Assembly (NCBI RefSeq): GCF_018977255.1
Contig: NW_024704742.1
Location: 57,662,001 to 57,726,000 of the forward strand
From: Callorhinchus milii
Lineage: Eukaryota
Direction of reading: 5' to 3'
Length of the DNA: 64,000 bases
Part shown: positions 1 through 11,711 of the stretch, one piece after another
Layout: every line of letters starts with the position of its first letter
Numbering within the stretch: position 1 is the stretch's first letter
Translations under genes and position numbers: made by a program
The notes under the pieces: model-generated
The model's input: only the letters and a program-made list of their open reading frames with translations
What the model was told of the DNA's origin: nothing
Database searches by the model: none

Positions 1-1
1 A

Positions 2-700
2 TGTGGTCTCCTCTACACCGAGGAGATCAAATGGAGATTGGATGTCCGATTTGCCGAACAACTCTGTTCTGTCCGGAAGCACAACCCTGAGCTTCCGGTT
101 TCTTGCTACTTCAACTCTCGCTCCCACTCGCACTCTGACCTCTCCATCCATGGTCTCCTACGCTGTTCCAGTGCGCCACAGTGCAAACTCGAGGAACAGC
201 ACCTCATTTATCTGCTTGGGACTTTACAGCTCTCAGGCCTCAATATTGATTTCAATAATTTCAGACCATAACAGCTCACCTTCCCCCTCCCCTCTTCTGT
301 GATCATTACCACATCAACCGGGGCCCCGAACACGTTTTCTCTCGCTGGTCTGCCTATTTTGTTGCAATTTCCGCCCCCCCACCCATTGTTTTGCATTACT
401 GACATCTCATTTTCCCTGTTTTGTTGCAATCCCCCCCTTTGTTCTGCATCATTAACAGCTCTTTAACCCATCATCCCCTGTCTCTACCCCATTTTCTCTT
501 TTGTCTTCATTGAACTGCCTCCCCCCTCTCTGTTAGTCCTTAAAAGCCTCTCCCTCCCAACATACCCCAGTTCTGACGAAGGGTCGTGGACCCGAAACAT
601 TGACTCACTTTCCTTTCTCCATAAATGCTGCCTGACCTGCTGAGTGCTCCCAGCGACTTCTGTTTTTGTTTCAGATTTCCAGCATCTTCAGTATTTTGTT
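2..700 (+). mobile_element. Penelope-like element 3' end: GIY-YIG endonuclease remnant (2-271) plus pseudo-LTR
   Basis: Frame from nt 2 reads CGLLYTEEIKWRLDVRFAEQLCSVRKH...HSHSDL...KLEEQHLIYLLGTLQLSGLN, a degenerate YIGET...RF.EH...LGTL.P.GLN signature of Penelope endonucleases. The downstream 570-700 segment is also found at 28548-28680. Confidence 0.85.
569..605 (+). ncRNA. Minimal hammerhead ribozyme motif (type I-like) in Penelope pLTR, degenerate
   Basis: AGTT-CTGACGA-A-GGGTC-GTG-GACCC-GAAA-CAT-T-GACT: core CUGANGA and GAAA, 5-bp stem II, and AGUU/GACU stem I. The stem III palindrome ACGT is mutated to ACAT. Confidence 0.6.
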
Positions 701-886
701 CACATTGTTGAAACACATGGTACATAATGAAAAAATAGTGAAACACCAGTGATACACACTGTTCATTTCATTGTTCAACACTGTGCTCTGTGTTTGTATA
801 ATGTGTGGGAAACTTTTTAGGTAATTTTGCTGACTGACAGTTGTCAGCCTTCCATATCTTACTCTACTAGTCATTTTCATACAGTA

Positions 887-1203
887 TGGAGTCTGTAGCT
901 CAGTGGTTAGGTCACTCGCCTTGCAAGCGAGAAATCTGAGTTCAATTCCAGGCAGGGCGAAACCTTGGGCAAGTTTCCTTACTCCACACGCCTAATACTA
1001 ATTCACTCCAAAAAAAAAAAATTGGTCATTTTCAATCCATGACTGTTTGTGGGACACTGCTGTGTGCAATTGGCTGCTGCGTTTTGCCCACAAATATACA
1101 GTCAATTCACTTTACAGTATATTCCGTGAAGCGCTTTGAGACGTTGAGAAGACGTGAAAAACGCTATATCAAATACAAGGATTATTATTATTATTATTAT
1201 TAT
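887..1203 (+). mobile_element. Young tRNA-Ala-derived SINE, near full length
   Basis: A box TAGCTCAGTGG, B box GAGTTCAATTCC, conserved body, L2-like 3' stem-loop, (TTA)n tail. Confidence 0.9.
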
Positions 1204-1278
1204 GTGCATCAAGACAGTGGAGGTTATTGATACAGTCTGTGTGAGGGGGGGAAAGAGATGGCAAACAACATCCGAGTT

Positions 1279-1541
1279 TAATAATCCTTGCATTTGATGT
1301 AGCGCTTTTCACGTCGGAAGGACGTCCCAAAGCGCTTCACAGAACACACTGTAAAGTGAATTGACTGTAAATTTGTGGGCGAACGCGGCAGCCAATTGCG
1401 CACAGCAATGTCCCACAAACAGTTGTAGATTGAAATGCCAATTTTATTATTGTTTTTGGTTTTGGAGGGATTATTATTAGGCGTGTGGAGTAAGGAAACT
1501 TGCCCAAGGTTTCGCCCTGCCTGGAATTGAACTCAGGTCTC
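1279..1541 (-). mobile_element. Same SINE family, 5'-truncated
   Basis: Reverse complement of the 887-1203 copy from the B box to the tail. Confidence 0.9.
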
Positions 1542-2059
1542 ATTCAATCTTACCAAACATGCACAGAAACAAGTGTATTTTCCAGCAGAGGTCACTAGCG
1601 AGAGAACACTAGCTTTTTCTCTTTCATAAAAGTACTGTGTGCCAACTTTTGCTGTCCCGGCTGAGATTTTTTTTTACTTTAGACATCCCCCACCCCATCG
1701 TAGTTTTACTTTTAATAGAAATTATTACAACCACAGTGCGGTAATTTAACTTTTATTTGCTTCATCTGACTACTTTCATAACACATTCCGTATGTGACAG
1801 GTCACCATGTTCGAATCCCTCGTGGGCGGGGGGGTGCGGGAGTGGGGGGGGTTGGTAACAGAACTCATAATTTCAAGGGATCTTTTGGACCCGAATACTA
1901 CTTTGAATGTCAATACCTGAAGGAACGAAAAGCAACATTTAACTCCACCATGCCCTATAAGGAAAAATATTCAATGTTTATTTTAGCAATTGGCTCCTAT
2001 ACAGGGAAATTACGTATGGCTTCAATTCCATACAGGCGGCTGCCAGAGATTGGGGTAAA

Positions 2060-2515
2060 ACAGAGGATTTACAGCAATGGAGAGAGGTGGAGCAGCTTCA
2101 GTTACAATGCCATCATACACATTATGAGACACGACGAGAGGGTATCAATTTAAAATAGTTAGCAAACTTGGAGAGGTTAGGAGAAATGTTCTCACTCACT
2201 GAATGGTTAAGATATGGAATGCCCTACCAAGAGTGGTGGTTGAGACAGAATCAACAACAACAACAAATTCCATTTAAATAGTGCCTTTCACGTGAGGAGG
2301 ATGCTGGACATTCAAGGCTTGTACCTGAGCTGCAATGAAAGCTAATCTCCACAAACTTTCATAATCATTCCAGATAAATATCAAAAAAGGAGTAAGCTAT
2401 GGGGTTCTGGGGAAAGGGCAGATAACGGGATTGAAAAGATTGCTCTTCAAAGGGCCAGCACAGACCCGTTGGACTGAGTGGCCTTCTTCTGTGCTGTAAA
2501 TTTCTATGGTTCTCC
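2060..2515 (+). mobile_element. CR1 LINE 3' fragment (degenerate), with a short L2 tail inserted near 2252-2305
   Basis: CR1-type end of ORF2 and 3' UTR (TGGAATGCCCTACC...GTGGTTGAG...GGCCTTCTTCTGTGCTGTAA...TTCTATGGTTCT). Confidence 0.65.
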
Positions 2516-3505
2516 GTACAGTGATAATATGAGCCAATGCTCATCCAGAAAGCCACAACCTTATATAAAAGCTCATCACCGGTCACCACTACCTTTGAGA
2601 TATTACAGCAGTATCTCCACCATTTAACCAAAACAATCAGTAGAGTTGATTTACGTTTTTAGTCACCTTTCTTCTCCCTCCATCCACCAGTTCAGGCTCC
2701 CAGTTAGTTTTGTGAAGCGCAATATAAATGTAAAACTTTAGCCCTGTTGCTGTGGTGGATTTTGAAATGAAAATTGGATTGATGCACAAAGCAGTGTTTT
2801 CAATGTTTTTGTTTGGGGTGAATAGACATCACAAAATGCTGGTGAGGTGCCATCAATGATCGAGTTTGTTTGGGAGCACAACAAAGAAACAACAATGAGG
2901 TTGGGCAAGGAAGCAGTATTGTGGGAACAGGAATGTTCACAAATGGGTCAGAAGAAATTTACAGTCTAGTCTGATTAGGATTAGCTGTTTTTCCTGTTTT
3001 AGATATGGTATAAGGATTGCCATTGTGTTCTGTTGTTTTTTTAATGACCTCTTTATACTTTCATTTGTGGGCTTTGTATTTTTGTGGTTATTTCAGATTC
3101 CTGTTCCTCATCGGTTTTAATTTTTTTTTAAAAAAGACGTTCATTCTTTCCCTCTCTCATTTTCTTTTCAGGTTTCCTGACATGATCTATTTGTTCACAA
3201 TAACCACCATGGTAAAACTCTGCCAAACCGGAAAAAAACAACAGCTAATCCTAATAGGATAAGACTGGCGTTTCTTCTGACCCACTTGCACACATTAAGT
3301 CTCATTTCCTTTTCTTTACTTTTAATGTTTCTGTCCTATTGCTTATCTTATCCAACTGTGCTTTCAATTAGTACCTATGATTTATGATCAACAAATAGCT
3401 GCCGCGTTTGCTTACAGAAACACAGTAACCACTCTTCTCGTTTGCAAAGTGCATTCAGATGTTGACATGATAAATAGTTATAAAAACATGCAATATTCTT
3501 CTTCA

Positions 3506-3911
3506 TCGCCCACAAATATACAGTCAATTTACTTTACAGCATATTCTGTGAAGCGCTTTGAGACATCTAGAAGACGTGAAAAGCGCTATATCAAATGCAA
3601 GGATTATTATTATTATTATCGCGCTTTTCACGTCGGGAGGACGTCCCAAAGCGCTTCACAGAATATACTGTAAAGTGAATTGACTGTATATTTGTGGGCG
3701 AATGCGGCAGCCAATTGCGCACAGCAATGTCCCACAAACAGTCGTAGATTGAAAATTACCAATTTATTATTGTTTTGGTTTTGGAGGGATTATTATTAGG
3801 CTCTGTGTGGAGTAAGGAAACTTGCCCAAGGATTCGCCCTCTGCCTGGAATTGAACTCAGGTCTCTCACTTGCAAAGCGAGTGCTCTAACCACTGAGCTA
3901 CAGGACTCCAC
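3506..3911. mobile_element. SINE 3' fragment (+, 3506-3619) fused tail-to-tail to a near full-length SINE (-, 3621-3911)
   Basis: Both match the young SINE. The minus copy ends in the head sequence ...GAGCTACAGGACTCCAC at 3911. Confidence 0.9.
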
Positions 3912-4419
3912 ATTATTATACTCTAGATGGTTGCTGAAGTCTAATTTCCATGTGACAACTATTGCAGATTAGGTGTTAAACCACAAAATACACGTAGTCA
4001 CATCAGTTTACAGCATATCCTATGAAATGGTTTGAGATATCTTGACGTGATAAGTCTCTATATCCAATGCAAGGATTATTATTAAGAAAATTAACAGCAA
4101 GACCAAGAGATTGGAAAGGAAAATACAGTGGAAAGCAGGTAAGCAGAACTTATCAGTGCCTGTAAATCTTGAAATGGAGAGAGGAGAAACAGATTCAGTG
4201 ATAATGCCATCGTACATCATATGAGATGCGACGAGAAGGGAAGTTCAGAGACATGCTCTTACTCACTGAGTGGGTAAGAAATGGAATGCATGCCAAGAGT
4301 AGTGGTTGAGGCAAAGTCCCTATTATCAAACAAGATAAATATCAAATAAGGCGTAAGCTACAGTGATATGGGGAAAGGCAGATAAATGAGACTGAAAGGA
4401 TTGCTAGTGATCGCAATTG

Positions 4420-4592
4420 AGTACATTCGGGGTCGATCAGAACGACATTTTTTCCGGATTAATCGGATTGTTGTACTAATTAACTGGCATATTTAAAACG
4501 GGTAAGAATACAAATGAATCGGGCCGAGTGTTTTGTCCAATTTACCCATCGTCCAAGGTTAACCAGCATCCAGTTAAAGCGTTTTTTTGTAC
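4420..4592 (-). mobile_element. Short non-autonomous DNA transposon fragment related to 9562-10231
   Basis: 4480-4567 is the diverged reverse complement of about 9588-9673. Confidence 0.6.
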
Positions 4593-5067
4593 ACCAAAAA
4601 AGAGAGGTAAAAGCACCATTTGGCAGAAGGCAAATGATACGTGAAAGAGACATAGATAAAATATACCCAATATTTCTCTTGATATATCTGGGGTACTCTT
4701 CAATACTGGCTCAGTTGGCAGCACTATCACCTCTGAACCTACCATCCACCTAGTGAGGACTCAAACCTGTGCTTGTCGGATGTCAAATGACTAAATACTG
4801 ACTATCCTCCTTGGGCGTCGGGGAGGTAAGCACTGTCTCCTTGGAAGTGAACTAGCTCTAAGTTGAAATGCTTGGCAATGGAATGTCGGAATAGAGCCAG
4901 CCCTCTGTGCTGGTCTCGGTAGTCCAGTTCCTGAGCCAGGCAGGTCTGCAGTATTCCAGGGCACTGCTAGTGACAGCACAGCCAGTCTGGCATATCGGCA
5001 GGACCTGGAAAGGCAGACCAGTCACTGGGATCAGTGAGTCATTCCACTGAGCACCTGTTAACCCTGC

Positions 5068-5296
5068 AACAACAACAACAACAAGATTCCATTTATAAAG
5101 CGCCTTTCACGTCAGGAGGACGTCCCAAGGCGCTGCACAGTTGGGTCATGACCCGAGCAGGGGGGAAATGGTCAGGGTGAGGGGAGGGAAGGGAGGGAGC
5201 GAGGAGGGGGAAATGGTCAGGGTAAGGGGAGGGAAGGGAGGGAGCGAGGAGGGGGAAGAGAGTCGAGAGGGGAGCTGAAGGCTCGGTCAAAGAGAA
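5068..5296 (-). mobile_element. L2 LINE 3' end, young subfamily
   Basis: (CAA)n tail and stem-loop. Near-identical reverse complement of 11485-11711 and 38775-38955. Confidence 0.9.
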
Positions 5297-5571
5297 ACTA
5301 AAACTAAGCTAAAACTCTAACAGGTAGGGTGGTCCTAGCTGCACAAGCAGCGGGAGAGCTTGCCAGACAGCGATATCAATGGCAAACTATGTGGTTTTAG
5401 CTTGTCAGACCCAGTACCCCAACACACACTCTGGGGTCCCCAAGCCTTGGCTCTTGCCAACCTGCACCTAATACTTTCTAGAATTAGGTAAGAGTGCGGA
5501 TTCCATTCCAAAAATCTATCTCTGGGATTTCCATGTGCAGGTGGAATGCATGGAAAGCTCAGCTTGGTTTG

Positions 5572-5896
5572 GTGGAGTCCTGTAGCTCAGTGTTTAGAGC
5601 ACTCGCTTTGCAAGAGAGAGACCTGAGTTCAATTCCAGGCAGGGCGAAACCTTGGGCAAGTTTCCTTACTCCACATGCCTAGTAATAATCCCTCCAAAAA
5701 CAAAAAACAATAATAAATTGGTCATTTTCAATCTACGACTGTTTGTGGGACATTGCTGTGCGCAATTGGCTGCCACGTTTGCCCACACATATACAGTCAA
5801 TTCACTTTACAGTGTGTTCTGTGAAGCGCTTTGGGACGTCCTCCGACATGAAAAGCGCTATATCAAAATGCAAGGATTATTATTATTATTATTATT
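5572..5896 (+). mobile_element. Young tRNA-Ala-derived SINE, full length
   Basis: Runs from the GTGGAGTCCTGTAGCTCAG head to the (TTA)n tail. Confidence 0.9.
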
Positions 5897-8194
5897 AAGC
5901 ATGGTGATGGGTTTCCGCATGAGACACCCGACTGACTGAAAAAAAAACTCTGTATCAGAAAGTTGTGGTTTCAAGCCCCTATATTGAGACTTTGAACCTA
6001 TCTAGGTTGAGTTTCTTGGCCAACAATTCACCTCATGCCCGCTTGTGGGACATTGCTGCACAGAAATTGTCTGACATGTAAAATCGTGTGATACACTTTG
6101 AGAAGTTTTGACGACTATACTGATAAGGTGCTATAAGAAAAGCAAGGATAATTATTATTATTCCCTGTGTCAGCCCTCAATCTTGTAACAGGTATGAAAA
6201 TATCAGCGGAGGGAAGTTGGGTCTTCCGTAGGATTGTGGTGGCTCTGGTAAAACTAGAAGAGTTAATTAACACATTTCATATCATATTTCTGACACCTGT
6301 ACATGAAAGAAATGCTAAAAACCTCTTCTTTAAGGAATATTCTTTGGCAGGGGAGATAGCCTACGCTGGCTAAAACAAAAATGATTTATTATGTCACAGT
6401 TATAATTTCAGCTGAAACACTACAATATCTTCAGGAGAAAAGTGAGCACTTGCAGACTCTCAATATCACATAACCTGGGTTTGCAGTTTACACTTTTCTT
6501 TTTAATCCGTGCAACTTGTGAATGAAGCATCACACCAGGATGTTATCTTCGATTGTGCCTTCGGTCACTCTCCCCCTCTCTGCCTTCCCTCACCCCTACC
6601 CCATGTTCAGGTCCTGACCTCTCACTGTCTAGCGCCTTCGGACCTCCTCCCGATGTGAAAGGTACTCTATAAATGTAATTTTGTGGTTGTTGTTATCCTA
6701 CTTCAAATATATTTTGTGCAAAGACGCTGAGTCCCACATAGGTTTTAAATGAATAAAACATTCAAATTTCCTGTGTTTTTAAAAAATATATAAATTACTA
6801 ATGCAGTGTCTGGTTCGCTGAAGTTGTCAAGAAAACAAAGAGACTATTGTCACACCATGACATCTCCATAACGGAGCACCCTGATTAACTATGCCTGAAT
6901 GTACAAAAACAACCTCAGTTCAATAGCAGAAGCTGTGACAGATTTATTACAACTGTTTGAGGATCATTGCATACCATGTCAATTGTTCTGTCCAACAATC
7001 ATCCTGGTAGAATTGGATGTGAGACACTGCTGTGCGCAAAGTAGTTGCCACGTTCGCCTACAAAATTCAGAAACTTCACTTTCCAGTAAATCCTGTTAAA
7101 CACTTTGAGACATCCTCCTGACATGAATGGCGCAATATCAAATGGAATGATTTATTTTATTATTTACATAATGCTCCTGTTAGCCAATTCCCATTGAATG
7201 TAAATGTATTTAACTGCACCAAAATACAGCAACAGCTTACAGTTATATTGCGCCCTTCACATGGGTAGAGTCTTGGCCTGCTTTACAGTGATGTGGCTTG
7301 ATGCCAAATACTGTAGTTCTGGAAGCTAAAAGGACCTTTGCAGTAAATACTAGCAAGGAAATAATGTTTTGTAGCAGATCCAATCACTTATTCTGCTAAA
7401 ATAGCAATTTCAGACCAGGACAGGTATCATAAACCCGATTCTCTGAGGTACTTAGAGCCAACAGAGCTTACAACAACAACTTGCACTTGTGTAGCACCCG
7501 CCACGCAGAGTGTCTCGGAGCGCTTAGCTCAGACAGCTTAGTGACAATAGGGGGAGGAGGGGGAATGGTAATGCTGAGTCATGGCAGAGAATTTGGCTGT
7601 GAAAGTCTGTACCAGTTGGAGCTTGAGAAGCCAGGAACATGACCATTGGAAAAATCTATCAAAGGCATGGGTAAAGTTTTCAGCAGACAAGGGGTAAGCT
7701 AATGGAATATTTGTCAATGTTTCAGAGGTTCAAGATAGCATGGACCTAATGCAAGGTTTGAAACTCAGCTCAGGGTCAAACAAGGTTGCTCACTGTCTGG
7801 TTTAGCTGAAGGGAGCAGCTGATGACACTGATGGAGTCTGAAGAGAACAGCTACACCACAGAAATCGGTTCTTTTCACCACCTCCAATTTGCTCATTTCC
7901 ACTGCTGAAGATGTTGACTCACTGAGGTAAAGTTCTATAAGCTTATACAGTCAATTCACTTTATAGTATATGCTGCAAAGAGCTTTGAGACGTCTCGAAG
8001 ACGTGATAGGGCGCTATATCAAATGCAATTATTATTATTTTATAGTCACCCACCGATTCCTTTCCCAAAAAGCCCATCAAAGCACAGATTGATGCTGTAT
8101 AATATATAACACACAAAGAGATATTTTGCACACCCTAATTCAGCAATGAGGGTTAACAAACATTCATTGGCCAAATATTGGAAGAAGTAATCTG

Positions 8195-8412
8195 CAGTCG
8201 TAGATTGAGTGATCAAATTATTTATTTATTTTTGAAGGGATTATTACCCCAGAAAGCGATCCGCCAATCAACTAACAATCTGGTTCCTACTTACTGCTAA
8301 GTAAACAGAGGAGTGTGGAGTAAGTAAACTTGTCTAAAGTTTCGCCCTGCTCAGGAATCAAACCTGTTCACTTGTGAGGCGAGTGCTCTAACCAATACAC
8401 TACAAGACTCCA
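8195..8412 (-). mobile_element. Older, longer SINE subfamily, 5' half
   Basis: Same tRNA head plus an extra segment of about 70 bp (CTCTGTTTACTTAGCAGTAAGTAGGAACC...GATCGCTTTCTGGG), also seen at 24205-24420, 36690-37210 and 42105-42365. Confidence 0.75.
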
Positions 8413-9561
8413 CGACCTTTTGAGTTGTGGCTTCTTTAGATGCCTGGGAACCACAGACTGCATTAGTATGGCATTCATTTTCCATTCTAGGCATCATATG
8501 ACTGTTGCTGTGTCAAGAGAAACAAAAGTTCTTTATACAGTATCCACTTATCACAAATAGCTCAGCCATAACAACATGTTTGACCCAAGAACAAGCTTTC
8601 CAAATGTTCTGGTGTCAATTGATTGGACACATATGGCTCTCAGACCACCTAAGGTTCAAAGAGGAAATCTTTCAGAAACAGTACAAATTCATGAATGGAA
8701 AAAAAAGCATTTGGAATACAAAGTGTATAACCAACCCTTCAGTCTAATCTTCCATAGTTTAACTGTATTTTCTTCAAATGAATACTTTTAAAAAAAACAG
8801 AGCGATGAGCATTTGAGTAGGGCTTGAGTAGAACAGGCGGAAATGCCGCCTTTTGAACATACAAATATGCACTAGCATAAAATGCATGTACATCACGTAT
8901 GCTGTATAAGACTCATTACATCCATAGTGTGAAAAGCAAACTGAACTACCCCTTGCTATTTTTTAATTTGATTACTTATTATCAAAGTAGAGAATCAGTT
9001 GAACATTTTTATATTTTAACACCGAATAATTATATAATTTCTGCTGTCCGAATAGCTGATGTTTCCAATATGAAAAACACTGTTTTGTCCTTTCAGGAGG
9101 ATTTATTTATGTAAAAGTTACTTCTCTGCCCAATTTGATTGTACAGTAGACATATTAATAGAGTGTAGTGACTGCAACTTTGACAAAAACTGTATTCTAG
9201 GTAAGCTATTCATAAAAAGGCACTACATAAATGTAAGCTGTTGGTAACATACTGTATGTTAAACAACAACAACTTGCATTTAAATAGCACCCCTCAAGCA
9301 GGATAACGTTGCTGAGCGCTTGAACTCTCTCCCTCGCACACGTACTCGCAGTTTAATGATACTTGCATTAGATATAATTGGAGGACGTCTCAAAGGATTC
9401 ACTGTAAAGTCCAGCAATTGAATTTTTGGAGGCAAATATGTAGATGGAATTTTATGCAGCTCTGTCTTTCATTATAGCAATTTAATTATGAAAATAATCC
9501 TGATATTTGCCATAGCTCCTATTATGTCAGGAAGACATCTCAAAGCGATTCACAATATGTA

Positions 9562-10231
9562 CAGAGGAATCCACTTTTGCCAAATGCTGGTTAAGACTGG
9601 ACATCGGGTAAATCGAACAAAACTCCCAGCTCCGATTCATTTGTATTCTTGCCTGTTTTAAATATGCCGGTTACTCCAGGGAAAACGCCGCTCTGGTGAA
9701 CGCTCTGAGCTCCTGGATGTAGATGGGAGGAGTCAAATTGCAACTGACAGCGGACTCCAGCCATTCACAAGTGGCTGGAGTTGGCCTGTCAATCAGTGAG
9801 GGGGGAGGAGCAACAGGGAAGAATAAGGGAAGGAGCTCACGATTGATTGACAGCTGAGCAGCTTGTGCGCGGCTGGAGCCCAAACATTCACAAGTGGCTG
9901 CAGGCTGTCAATCATCTCAACGCTGTTGTTAATCGGTTCCCTTCCCATCCATTGGGAACAGCAATGGGAGGGAAGCGGTGCCACTGCTCCTCGGGTGGGC
10001 GGGAAAGTATTGAACTATAATTTGCAGCCAAACAAAGGTAAATGTATTTTACTGAATTCCGTGAGAGTATTTTAACTTGATCTGATTAGTTAACATTGCT
10101 TCAAGTGAAACAACATTATTACATATTTTTATACTGCGTCGGCAGGAATGACATTTTGGCTAACATCAGACACTTCTTAAACCGGACAAAATGGCCATCC
10201 CCAATGTGCCAGGCTTAACCGGCTTCCACTG
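9562..10231. mobile_element. Non-autonomous pogo/Tigger-type (Tc1/mariner superfamily) DNA transposon
   Basis: Termini TA-CAGAGGAATCCACTTTTGCC ... GGCTTAACCGGCTTCCACTG-TA: imperfect TIRs (16/22 identity including TA) with TA flanks. A related fragment lies at 4420-4592. No transposase ORF. Confidence 0.65.
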
Positions 10232-11209
10232 TATTGCAAAGTGGAGTGAATGTGTGTTTTGAATGTGAACATAGCAGCCAATTTACACACAGCCAATGTC
10301 CCACAAACAGCGATGAAGTTAATGACCAACCTTAATTTGTTGACCACTTTTTGAATAATACCACAGGATTTAAAATGTTATTGTGGTGCCTTCAAGGTTT
10401 GAGCAGCACTGAAGACATTTGCCATGTTGAAAAATAAACCTGCAAACAACATACACAAAACACACATTCACTCCACTTTACAGCAAATTCTGCGAAGTGC
10501 TTTAGGACATCCTCCTGACTTGAAAGGCGCTATACCAAATATAAGGATGATGATTATTATAACTTAATTGCTCAACTGGAATGGAATAATGTTACCCGAT
10601 TTGTATTTATTCTGTCATAGCGAAATTATATTTGAAGAAACCATCTGGTGAAATGATGATGAATTACAACTGTTTAAAGCTTCATGCTTTAAGAAGCCTA
10701 ATTTTGAATGAATTTTTCTAATTAGTTCTTGAACAACCACTTCAAAGATGTAAAATTATTCTGTTTATACTGAAGTAATGCTGTTACCTACAATTTATTT
10801 TCAGAAAAGCTTTTTAAGGGCAATTAAAATGAAATTCTAGAGTTCTTAACGAATGCCCTGCATTCTGTATTTTGGGTGGTCTAATAACACAAATGTTTGG
10901 AATAATAAAAAAAGTTCAGCAACCTTCAGCATTTCCAAAATATTAAGTCAGCTTACTCTGTTCGGTCAAAGTCCTTCAAAGCCTGTGATTCACAGATAAA
11001 TAAGGATGTGTATTGTAAAATTCAAAGAACATTAAAAGCTGCAAATTCAACTGCTCAGTCAACAATTCAAATATTTAGGATTATAAATATGTAAATATTC
11101 ACATATATTCAACATCTGCCACAAGTTTTGAAATACTTCATAACAGATTAAATACATATGTAAATATTCACATTATTGGAGGTGGAGTCCTTCAGATGAG
11201 GTGTTAAAT

Positions 11210-11711
11210 CCCCCAGAGGATTGATTTCAAGATCCTCATCCTCACCTACAAGGCCATTCACGGCCTTGCTCCCTCCTACCTCTCCAACCTACTATCCCCC
11301 TACCTACCTGCCCGTACCCTCCGTTCCTCTGGCTCTGGTCTGCTCCACATCCCCCGCCCCAACCGCCCTACCATCGGTGGTCGCGCCTTCAGCCTCTCAG
11401 CCCCCAGGCTCTGGAACTCCATCCCCCAGTGCCTTCGCCTTGCTTCCTCCCTTTCCTCCTTCAAGGCCGGTCTCAAAACCTTTCTCTTTGACCGTGCCTT
11501 CAGCTCCCCTCTCGACTCTCTCCCCCTCCTCGCTCCCTCCCTTCCCTCCCCTCACCCTGACCATTTCCCCCTCCTCGCTCCCTCCTTCCCTCCCCTCACC
11601 CTGACCATTTCCCCCCTGCTCGGGTCATGACCCAACTGTGCAGCGCCTTGGGATGTCCTCCTGACGTGAAAGGCGCTTTATAAATGGAATCTTGTTGTTG
11701 TTGTTGTTGTT
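11210..11711 (+). mobile_element. L2 LINE 3' fragment nested in a Deu-type SINE
   Basis: RIDFKILILTYKAIHGLAP-like ORF2 C-terminus, C-rich UTR, stem-loop and (TTG)n. The flanks CAGATGAGGTGTTAAA / CTGAGGCGCCATCTACCTGTTCAGGTGGAC join into the DeuSINE core. Confidence 0.9.

Larger units (their letters stand above)
4920..5945 (+). repeat. Unclassified interspersed repeat (copy A), interrupted by an L2 tail and a SINE
   Basis: Collinear with 39185-39665 once the insertions at 5068-5296 and 5572-5896 are removed. Ends in an A-run. Confidence 0.75.
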
